Of a stretch of 64,000 nucleotides of DNA, positions 20,698 to 31,271 are shown one piece after another. Each line of letters begins with the position of its first letter. Position 1 is the stretch's first letter. The notes below the pieces were generated by a model, which saw only the letters and a list, made by a program, of their open reading frames with translations, was not told the DNA's origin and searched no databases. The translations under genes were made by a program, and so were the position numbers. The DNA is from Vitrella brassicaformis CCMP3155 (lineage: Eukaryota; Protista; Chromerida): positions 186,001 through 250,000 of the forward strand of contig CDMY01000592.1 in the NCBI GenBank assembly GCA_001179505.1. The letters are read 5' to 3'.

Positions 20698-21556
20698 AGC
20701 GTGAACCTCGTGTACCAGCGGTTCCAGGGAGAACCGTGTCCGGGCTGCGAGCTTAGCTCCCAGCGTGCGAGCTTTCCGATCGAACCCATTGAATGCAGAT
20801 GGGCACATCTTCTGGCGCTGGGGACGTTGTGTCGGAGTCGTCGAGGGCTGTTGTTGCAGGTGGACATCGGATCTTCCACCCCGTTATAATATTGTCTTGT
20901 CATGCTCTGTTGTCTTTCTGTTCTCAGGTTGCGTGGTCTTCTCTGGGCTGCAGGTGGCGATGCCACGAGCGACATGAGTTCGTGTCTGCAGCTAGGCTGT
21001 CCAGTTCCGGTTGGTTTGGCTTTTTGTAGGCATTTTGTCACTTGCCGCTACTCCGTGGGAAGGCACCCTTGCTCCGGCACAGGACGCGAAGCATTCGGTA
21101 CGAAAAGCGAATCAACCGAATTGCTGGCAGTCTGCGTGGAAGGCAGGTTATCGTCATTTTGCTTTACCTGATCATGTCTGTGAGTGTGTAGGCTGGGGCT
21201 GATATCGGCGTTGGCAGCAGGTGCCGTTTTCTGGATCAACCATCGACGCAATCTCAGGAGGCGCGAGGCATTGGAGACTCTACAGTAAGAATGGCCTTAC
21301 ATTCTCTAGTGCATGTGTGTGAGCGGCCTGGACGTGATGAACAGGCAACAGGACGTCGAGAAGATGAAATTCATGGTGAGACAGAAATGACCATGATCGA
21401 TGCAGAAGAGTTTGTGTTTGTGTTTGGCTGCAGAAGGCGGACAGCCTGGCTACACCTCTGTCAATGCCCGAAGAGACGGAGGAGGCCGAGTTGAAGATCC
21501 CGTCGTTGATCCAGGAGGCCAAGGCAGAGGACCGAAGGATGGGCTGGGAAAGATGA
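20698..21556 (+). CDS. Hypothetical small, probably membrane, protein; exon structure unresolved
   Basis: Short GT-AG-bounded open segments, including hydrophobic LGLISALAAGAVFWINHRR and a terminal KADSLATPLSMPEETEEAELKIPSLIQEAKAEDRRMGWER*. More than one frame combination is open. Confidence 0.4.
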
Positions 21557-22496
21557 ATTGTTATCGATAGATCTGCCCAACGAGCCATCTGCCGGCTGTG
21601 GCTGACAGACAGAACACCCAACCATCCACCATGACCGCGTTGAGCGCATCGGCTTTCCCTTCACTCGTGGATGCCGTTCGCCCTTCAGGGAGAAGGTGAG
21701 TAAGCGCAGCGCGACACTTCTGTCCTTCATGCATCTCCATGCTGACCTGTGTGCGTTCTGACAGGTCATGACTGACAAGTGGTTGAGCCGAAGAGGTTTT
21801 CTTTCTACGTGTATGTATACATCATTCAGCAGAAACGGACCCACAAACCAATGATACTTCGCTCACTACATGGCAGACGGTCCTCGCATAAGCTCTGTCA
21901 CAAGAATCAATCTCGGTCAGCCGTCCCTTCGTCCCCCGGCACGCACGCACCATATCATGCAGCCCATTCCTCCCTCTGTGCCGCACACTGCTCGGGCAGC
22001 CCCACCCAATCAATGCATTCGTTCATGCACTATTTGCACGCCCACACCACACGCACCACGCTGGCAGGCGAGAAGGAAAGTGACCTAGTAAAGTAGACAG
22101 ACGGTGAGTAAAATGACATACCGGCAGAAACAGGCGGAGAGCGAATATATATTGTGTGTGTTACCCTGGACAGAACAGCCATTCCAACCAACCAACACAC
22201 ACGTGCGCACACACAGACACACACACACGCACAGATGCATGTACATGGTCAGGCGGCGACGGAGACATCGCAACCACTGCGTTTCTCACATTGTGAAACA
22301 CTCTCACGGAAACACCGACCGCTCCATTCACGACCACATGAATCAAACCGAGCACTAGACAAAACTGGCGTTTTTTGCTCTTCCGTACTTTTTTGGACCA
22401 GTCTCACCTCTCTATGTTTCTTGCTCTCCCTTTCCCTCTCCCGCCCCCTTCCCCCTTCCCAAATCGAGTATGTGTGTGTGTTGGTGTGGACAATGA

Positions 22497-24232
22497 TCAG
22501 ATGTCCGCCGTGTGCAGGTCGAGGACAGCATCCGCCCTATCGTCCTCCTCCGCCTCCTCCTCAGTTGGCCCCTCTGTGCTGACTGTCTTCGGTGTTGTGG
22601 TTGTTTTCGGCTTCGGCTCGGGCGTCACATCACCCGTCATTGAGGTTTTCGTCGCTCCCAGCCGCTCCACCATGACGCTATTGAGTACGGCGACTGCCTT
22701 GATGAGAATTGTGGAGGAAGTGGCCATGATGGAGATGATGGTCGTCAAGAGGTCGGTTGACCTCGCGCCGTAGAGGACGGTCAGCACCAAAATGGGCACC
22801 TCGCACAGCGACGTCGCGAAGAGGGACGCGTGCTGCCGCAGTGTGGCCCTTGTTCGGATGCCGTAGGCGATTATGCCGCTTAATATGTCCACTTGGCAGA
22901 GGACCAGGACGGACACCCCCGCCCACAAAGCGACACCACGCGTCACCATACCCATTCCCACCGCCAAATCAGACATGTAGTCGACACTGCAGTGCACACC
23001 CATTAAACACACATGCGCGCGCACAGACAGACAGACAGACAGACACACAGACAAACAGAGACGGCGTATGACTGGATGCTGGAATCTATCTCTGTGGATA
23101 TTTATTCACCAGGTCAGCAGGTAGGTAATGTACTTGAGCATTCGGCAGAACTCCAGCTCGCCCATCCATCTCACGCAGGGCACGTACTTTCGCACTAGAG
23201 CCATCAGGCGGTTCTGCCGCGTCCACATGTGCTCTGACGCCGTTAGCATGGGTGTCGGCGAGAATGGCACCAAGCTGTATGTGGCCGGCAGCCATCGAGA
23301 CCCTCCCAGCCTCTTGAGCACATCATCCGTGTCAAACAGCCGTGGCTGCGCAATGAGGGCGAAACACGGGGAGCAGAGTGCGTTTGGGACACACACGAGC
23401 ACCAAAGTGGCCGCATAGCCGAACGCTGCACACTCACAGGAGGAAGAAAAGAACGACATGTCCGGGTGGGTTCATCGATGGCAAATGCATTCATTCACCT
23501 GCCTGCCTGCCTTACGTGCGTAGAGCAAAATGGCTGCTCTTATGAGGGCGCCAAACATACCGGCGAGGAATTGCACGGCCAGGCTGCTGTACGTCCCATA
23601 CGAGAACATGAGGTTGACGAGAGCCAGCAGGGGGTCGCCAACTGCAAACAAACGCAAAACGAACGGATAGTGACTGGCAAGTCGTTGCAACCTCTCGGTC
23701 TTTTGCCTCGCCTCGGCTGCCCTGCCCTGTCTGCCCACCAATGTCGGTCATGGCGACGACGCCAACCCATCTGGCGTCCGGCACAAGGACAATCGTGATC
23801 GCCCCCAACGCAACCATCCCCAGACCCGCAAGGACTGCCGGCGTAAAAGGAACAAACAACCCGGTTGAGGCACTGCCTCCCTCTCTCCTTGTTTCTTTCT
23901 TGTCTCTTACACAAAAGGGCCCAATAGAAGCGCATCTTGGCCGGCACGTCCGGGAGATAGAGCCTCAGCTGGCGCCGCTTCCCCCACACCACGGCGGCAA
24001 GATCCATCACCAGGTACTTGCCAGGGAGCCGTCTGCCGACCTCCTCATCCGCATCGATATCACCTTCATCGTGCACACAGGCAGAGGCGCTTGGGCTGGG
24101 GTCCTGGTCGCCAACAGGCGGCGGCGGGTGGTCGGAAACAACGAAGCGGCCATCATTGGTGGTTGAAGGTGGTGCCATTGGCGTTGGTGCTGCATCTGCC
24201 AGTGACGCACGGAGGGCATCAGTGTCGTACAT
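22497..24232 (-). CDS. Hypothetical multi-pass membrane protein with acidic/Pro-rich N-terminus and charged C-terminal tail
   Basis: Consecutive exons with hydrophobic helices (PAVLAGLGMVALGAITIVLV; GDPLLALVNLMFS; AFGYAATLVLVC; LCEVPILVLTVLYG). No family recognised. Confidence 0.6.
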
Positions 24233-24303
24233 AAGCACGAGAGAAGAGCAATTTGGAGAAGAGTACGGTTTCGCTCAGGGTCTACTAGTAGCTCGCCTGG
24301 CCC

Positions 24304-26640
24304 ATGGCTTCCTTTCGTGTCGCAAGAGGCGTTTTGTGTTGCGCAGCCCTGGCCGTGATTCATCCATGTTTGTCGTTTCGACCATCGCCCCCGTCGGGTG
24401 CCTTGCATGTCGGTCCGTCTTGGCGTCGCTCATTGACTCATCCATTGTTGCTGAGAACAGAGGGCAGGAGCGATGCGGCGTCGTCTGCAGTCGGGACAGA
24501 CTCCGCCCTGATGCAACGGTGGGTGACCGTGCCTGCAGATAGGCCGCAGACAACACGAAAGATGGCAAGAACAGCCAGATGTCAGTCACCTTGGACGCTC
24601 GCCTCCACTTCAGGAACAAGATGTTACATGTGGTCTACAGAGTGGGAGATCTCGACAAGAGCATCGATTTCTACACTAATGTGCTCGGAATGAAGGTACG
24701 TTCTCATGGATGGAGCCTGGGCTAGACGCATGTGCACCACTTGATGGATAAGGACACTCCCCGGGTGCATGCCTGCCTGCCTGCAGGTTCTGCGAAAACG
24801 GGATGTCCCAGAGGGCAAGTATACGAACGTCTTCCTCGGCTATGGACCAGGTACTACACACTAGCCTACGTACTCCATAGCAGCCTTTGTGTGTGCGTGT
24901 ATCTGTGTGCCAGAGTCGAAGGGCGAACACTTCTCTGTCGAGCTGACGTACAACTACGGGGTGGACAAGTATGACATAGGCAAAGTAAGCAGACAGACAG
25001 ACAGACAGACAGGCAAGTGGTTGTCAGACGGGAGTGCGCCATTCATTGTGTATCGACTCGCATTGGCCATGCGTGCATCCCCCCACCCACCCCAAATGTG
25101 TGTGTGTCGTGCGGTCGGTGCCGTGCTGTGCTGTGCTGTGCTGTGCAGCTGGGTTTTCTTGGTCTTGGGGTGTGCCTGCCCGAGTTGCAAGCAGTGGAGT
25201 CCAGCGTGGAAGGTCACCACGGGAGGGTCATCAGGAATGTGGAGGAGCTCGAAATAACCCCCTCTATGATACCAGATGAGCCCGTACGTACGTACGTATA
25301 TAGTATGGACACCCATATTCGGCACCCATACATCACTCACAGACTTACTTGCCTCGGCAGCTCTGTCTGTCTGTCTGCCGTCGTGTTATGTATGGTTCTG
25401 TCTGTTGTGTTGGCTCCCTCCCTGTGTGTGTCCTGTCTGTCTGTCTGTCTGTCTGTCTGTTAGGCTGAGCAGTATAGGCTGTGGACGATGGCCACAGCTG
25501 AGGACCCGGACGGCTATCAGATTGAACTGCTACAAAAGCCACAGAGAGACCCCATGCACCGGGTATGTATGTATGTACCCACTCACTCAGTGTAATGCAC
25601 ATACATACATACACACTGAGGCACTCACTCATCACATTCCCCTATTTGCCTTGCTTTGTTTATTTACTTCCTTGCTTGAACTGCACTGTGTGCTGTGCAG
25701 GTCCGTCTGCACGTCACGCGTTTGGAGCCAGGCATCGCCTTCTACACAGAGGTGCTCGGAATGAAGGTGGGCCTGCACTGCACTGCACTGCACTGCACTG
25801 CACGCCAGTGCGCGAGGCAAGGCTAGTGACTGGTCCGGCGGGACAGACACCTAGCTTGTCTTTCTTCCGTCCCTTTCTGATGGATGGGTGGTGTGCTGTT
25901 GATGGATGTCTGTCTGCCACCAGCTTCTTCGAAAACGTTCTCTTTTGCCAGAGTGGCCGGCCATCTCTGTCTGGCTGGGATACGGTGACGATGAATTCGA
26001 CCAGACCCTCCTCGAACTCATATACGAATTCAGCACCCAGGAGGTGAGTGAGCCAACACTAACGCTAACATCGCTGACCGACGGGTATTTGCTTGTACTC
26101 GGTATGTGGGTCTGTCTGTCTGTCTGTTTAATCCAGCTTGACGTTGGTGACGGCTATGGCCAGATAGCCATCTCCACCCCGGACGTCTATGAAGCGGCCA
26201 AAATCATCGAGGCCAAAGGTAAGGTAGGGGGCTTGGTCAGGATACCTAGCTGGCTTGTTGGCCAGAACACTTGCATTGCATGCAGCCCTTTTATTTATTA
26301 TCGACAAATGGGGGGGGACAGACAGGCCATGTCGCTCATGGAGGGCATCCATCCCGGTCCATCCATCTACCGATGTTGATGATGTCTGTCTATGATTTGT
26401 TGTCTTGTATGCAGGGGGAGAGATATCGCGGGCTCCTGGCCCTGTGCCAGGCATCGGGACCAAGATCGTGGCGGCCAAAGACCCTGATGGTGGGTGGGTA
26501 CCTACCGTAACGCGGAACCATTGCAATGACCGAGTGAATGTCCCTCGGCCGGCGTGTCTGTGTTCTGTGTGTGCATGTCTCCAGGGTACAAGGTTGTGCT
26601 GGTGGACGAGAAGGACTTTGAGGCAGAGTTCAACGAGTGA
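24304..26640 (+). CDS. GLO1: Two-domain glyoxalase I (lactoylglutathione lyase)-like protein with an N-terminal signal peptide plus transit-like leader
   Basis: MLHVVYRVGDLDKSIDFYTNVLGMK, FLGYGP, VELTYNYGVDKYDIG, EDPDGYQIELL. Second VOC module ...GIAFYTEVLGMK, LELIY, GYGQIAISTPDV, PGPVPGIGTKI, DPDGYKVVLVD. Confidence 0.9.
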
Positions 26641-27004
26641 GGGGTCACTCACTCACCTGTCAGCCAGGGGCGACAGGGCGGGAGGGAGAGAGGCAGGCAG
26701 GCGGGCAGCCGGGTCAACGGGTAGGTCTTTTTCTAGTCTGTCTGCTAAGTGAAGTACAGCCATAATTCTGCCCGTCAGTGCAGGTAGGTAGGTGACCCCT
26801 GACTTGCTGAGTAAGCATCGATCGAACGTACGATGTGTGTCCTGCCACGGTAGAGACGAGACGTGTATGAATGAATGGCCGGATGTATGGATGTATGTAT
26901 GACACACACGTCCAATGCATATTATGTCATGTCAGCAATTCTGTCATTCATGAATCAAGGAAGCAGCTGAGCTTCTAGGGTTTTGGAGGGACAGCTGCTC
27001 AGCT

Positions 27005-29274
27005 CTAGCCTATGTTGACCATCTTGTTGCCGCTACCCTTCGGATGATCGTCCTACACACACAGACACACAGACACACATCCATACACCGAAACAGGGAG
27101 ATTCACCCCTTTACATACACCCATAGCGCTGAGCTAGTGAGTGAGACGGACACCACCCCTTGCCTGCCTCCCTACACGCACGCATGGCGTCTTGTCCCTC
27201 CCTCCCTCCCTGTCTCCCTCTCAGTGTAGTAGGCCATTCACCCCTACAGGTCTGTCTTACCTTCCAGTCGTCCCAGTCCCTGTCCTTTTTCTCCTGCTGT
27301 TCATCCACCCGGTCATCCTCCTCTTTGCCATGGTCGTTCCCACTGCCTTGAGCCGCAGCCCCCGTGTATGTTTGGACGATGTCGCCACCTGGCTGGGCGC
27401 CCATCTCATGCACCTCGATTGCCATCTCCATGTCGGCACACTGAGCCAATGATATCGTCGGCAAACCTGTCAACCAACACGGTCACATGCGGACAGACAG
27501 GCGACCAAGTAACTAATGGTGTGTGCCCCTGCCTCCCCTCCCCTCCCGTGCCGTGCCGTGCTAATGTAGTAGCGTACGGTGTGACGGTCTCAGTACCGCC
27601 TGCCGGTACAGCTGTCGCAACTCACTCGGCTGCCCCTGACATGACAGCAATCAATAAATCAGCCAGGCAGCAGGAAGATACAGACAGACAGACAGGGATT
27701 TTCATTCACTAGCTAGTGCACCGGCGGCCCCGGATCGGTCAGATGCAGTCTGTCTGTCTGTCTGTCTCTGTGCTTGCTTGAGGCGTGGCTGCACACCATG
27801 AGGCTTGCCAGCCCTGGGCGCTGCTGCGACGAGGCTGGCGCGGATCTTGTTGGTTCCTGCCTGTGTTGACGGGCCTCCTGGACCTGCCGGCGGTCAGCTA
27901 AGAAGCGCTCCAGCATCGGTAGCTCCTGCACAGAGACAACACAACACAACACAACCAGACAGACAGAGGGGTACAGCTGGCTGCACTGCACACTCTCTGG
28001 GGGGCCGGGCCCTTCAGTCAGTCAGTCACCCGTCTTATTTGCTCGACCTCCGCCATGGCGGCCGCCGCAGATCTGACAGTAAGCCAGCCATTTCAATGAG
28101 TCAGTCAGCCAGGCAGCGAGCCAGCCATCGGTCCCATCTGTGTTGTGCACGTCCGTCTGCCTGCGTGCGGGTGTGGGTGTGGGGTGCCTCACTCACCTCT
28201 CGAGAAGGGACACAAGAAGCAGCCGTTCATTTTCCTCGTCGACAGACTGCACAAAACAATGAATCAATGACACAGACAGCAATCCAATCCCGTCCGTCGA
28301 CCGCACCGACCAACATCCTGTGTGGCTGTGACGAGATCGGGTGGCTTGCCTTGCCCCAGTCGTGTTCGTCGCGTTCCCCGTGCGGGTCGGCCACCTTCTC
28401 CCTCGCCGTGCGCTGACGTAACGCAAACAAACGCTGATCGATCGCCCAGCCAGCCGAAAATGCGGTGACCACACCCGTGGGTACATACAGACAGACAGAC
28501 ATGCAGACAGTCAGACAGTCAGTCAGACAGCCACCCACCCATCCATCCAAGTGGAATGCACGCAAACATCGCTGCCGGAAGCGTATACCTGTATCCGTGA
28601 ATCGAGCTCCTTCTGCTGCCGATAGCGTTCAATCCTCCTGGTCCTGGAAGGAAACACAAGAGCAGTCGGACAGACAGACAGACAGACAGGCAGACTGACA
28701 GGTATCAAGGGAGGCGTACGTACGTGATTTCCCGCCCCACCTGTCTGTTGCTGGGTCAGGGCGCGCCGGGTGAGGACCTTCTGGCTCCTCCTCATTGTCG
28801 GCGCTTTGCAGCCACTGATCCACACCACCCACACCCAAACTCTGCATCCTTGCCAGAAAGCGATGGAAATACACCTGTGGCGCAGACAGACAGACACGCC
28901 AGTCAGTCAACCGATGAATCAGGTCGACTTGGTGTTGCATTCTTCATAGGAATGTGACGTACGAGTGCGTCGTTGAGTGCATCGAGTCGGTCGTCCACAT
29001 GAGTGACTTTGGTGGACAGGTCGCCCAGCACGAAAGGCACCATGAGGTACTTGAGGGATGCCGTACTGATGTCGTCCAGCTCCTCGTTGTCCGACACGAC
29101 ATCCAGCCCTTCTGCCATCGCCGCCACTTGCCGGAACCGGGCCACCAGGCCCTCCAGACACTCGACACCAGATACACCAGGTTGATCTGTGACCGGCACA
29201 CCACCCGACAGGCTGCTGTAGGCCGACAGGTACTCTGTGAAGGCCGCGTTAAATGTAGCGCTCAACTCGTTCAT
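27005..29274 (-). CDS. TAP42: TAP42/IGBP1 (alpha4) PP2A-family regulatory protein
   Basis: VSDNEELDDISTASLKYLMVPFVLG, RTRRIERYRQQKEL, PTISL, KDRDWDDWK|DDHPKGSGNK. Confidence 0.92.
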
Positions 29275-29451
29275 GATGTCACGCGATCGGGACGATTGGA
29301 GATTTACGGACGGAAAGAGGGGGGGTGTAGAAACACTGCATGCTTATTGTTCAGCGCACAAACGCCGTTGTCCGACTCGCCACAAAGACGGACACATGGC
29401 ATGCATAATATAGGCTGAAGGAGTGAGTGAGTGAGCGACTGACTGAGAGAG

Positions 29452-31208
29452 TCAGCGAGCGACTCGTTTTAGGAATATGAGCATGCCTTGCCTCTTGTTG
29501 TCACGCAGCGACAGAGAGCCCATGAACTCAGCAGTCACCTGCCCAAGACTGCTATGATCTGATGAAGCATCAAAGAAGGTATACAGAGAAGTGGCACGTA
29601 GGAATGCGACCGACTGATGGACGACCAGCTGCAGCGGGCTAGGCGGCCTCTCCGGCTTGCAGAGGGCCCAAGAGTCGTGGCCAGTGGCACTGGAGGAGCA
29701 GATGAGTGCCTCTTGAACGCACTCGTACGCCGAGCCGCCGCTGACACTCCGACTCAGCAGATGCAACAGCCACTGCCCCAGAGCATGAGGGGTGTCATAC
29801 AGCTGGCTGGCGTCACAGTTGTCCACGATAGCCTGCTCCACAGCCCCGGTCTTATCGATCAGATCCATCGATCGACGCACGCACAACAAATGAACGAACA
29901 AACAGACAGACAAGCGAAGAGGGAGGGAGGAGTAACCGACCGACCGACACAGTGAAGCAAGCAACACCGGAGGGGCTTCCCTTCCTCCCCTGCTCACCAT
30001 CTGCTGGATGCTGACCGATGCACCCTTTATCAATGTGTCGTTGACGATCAGCTCGTCTCGTGTCTGCACTCAGAATTCACACGATGACCAGCTGCCTGGC
30101 GCCAGCGCCCTGCACGCGTGTATGTGTGTATGACTCTCTTCCCCTCCCTCGTGCTGCCCTCGTCGGTATGCGTACCATGTCTTTGCTCTGCAGGCACACA
30201 CCAAACGGCACCCAGACAGACACATCATGCTTGAAGAACCCGCTCAGCAGTGAGGTCCGTCCGGTGAAGTCTGAGTTAGCTGACCAGCTGCTTGATGCTG
30301 ATGGGTGGGGCGGTGGACGAGTCAAAGTCCATGCAGACTGTGGGCAGCAGATCGAACCTGGTCGCCCACGTGGCGGCGTCAGGAGCGCGTGAGGGCAGCA
30401 CCAGCGAGGCCACTTGAACTGCATCGGCTGGCAATGAGGGCAGCTCCAGCGGATTGCACCTTGCGCGCCGAAGAAAGAACAGATCAGCATGGGGGTCCAC
30501 ACCTACTACGCCAGACGCTGCAGTGCTGGTAGTGCTGTTTTGTCGGGCGACGGAAACAAGTCCTGCGGCCAGTTCATGACGTATGGCAGCAATTCGATGG
30601 AACGACGAGGCAGAAGCGGTCACAAGTTGTTGCAGTCTCGTGTACGCGTCCTGCATCTCCACGCCAGGCGGTGAGGAATGTCCGGCCTCGACGGCTTCGG
30701 GAAGCCCATCCGCATTCAGCAACACGAGATCTGCCCTTACCGCCTTCGTTGTAAGGCTGCGCCACGCCATTCACAAGAGAGCCCCAATCGTTCCGTTCCA
30801 ACAGCTCGCGTCTGCCAGTGCAAGCTTGGCGGTGGGCCCCCCCCCCCCCNNNNNNNNNNNNNNNNNNNNNNNNNNNNNNNNNNNNNNNNNNNNNNNNNNN
30901 NNNNNNNNNNNNNNNNNNNNNNNNNNNNNNNNNNNNNNNNNNNNNNNNNNNNNNNNNNNNNNNNNNNNNNNNNNNNNNNNNNNNNNNNNNNNNNNNNNNN
31001 NNNNNNNNNNNNNNNNNNNNNNNNNNNNNNNNNNNNNNNNNNNNNNNNNNNNNNNNNNNNNNNNNNNNNNNNNNNNNNNNNNNNNNNNNNNNNNNNNNNN
31101 NNNNNNNNNNNNNNNNNNNNNNNNNNNNNNNNNNNNNNNNNNNNNNNNNGGGCCCCCCCCCCCCCCCCCCCCCCCTACCGACGTCCCGTACACGTCAGAC
31201 GCACCATT
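29452..31208 (-). CDS. Hypothetical protein; start uncertain (30770, or upstream across gap 2)
   Basis: Long open exons at 30770-30290 and 30069-29452 with GT-AG boundaries. No family recognised. Confidence 0.55.
30850..31149. other. Assembly gap (300 N) flanked by C-runs
   Basis: gggc+C-run on both sides of the N-run. Confidence 0.99.
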
Positions 31209-31271
31209 CTGGAGATGTAAGCAGCTCCCTCGCCGTTCAGATTGGCATCTGCAACGGACGAAGTGCAGCAT

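Noticed and set aside
23717-23739. Possible 22-nt mini-intron (gtgggcagacagggcagggcag) that would fuse two overlapping ORFs
   Set aside because: A normal intron of about 97 nt with a strong pyrimidine-rich acceptor (tttgcgtttgtttgcag) restores the frame equally well (MTDI|VGDPLL).
22497-24232. PQ-loop/MPDU1 annotation
   Set aside because: No PQ motifs or internal duplication visible.
30771-30773. In-frame TGA directly before the ATG as possible selenocysteine or readthrough
   Set aside because: No redox motif or SECIS evidence, and the upstream frame is not convincingly coding.
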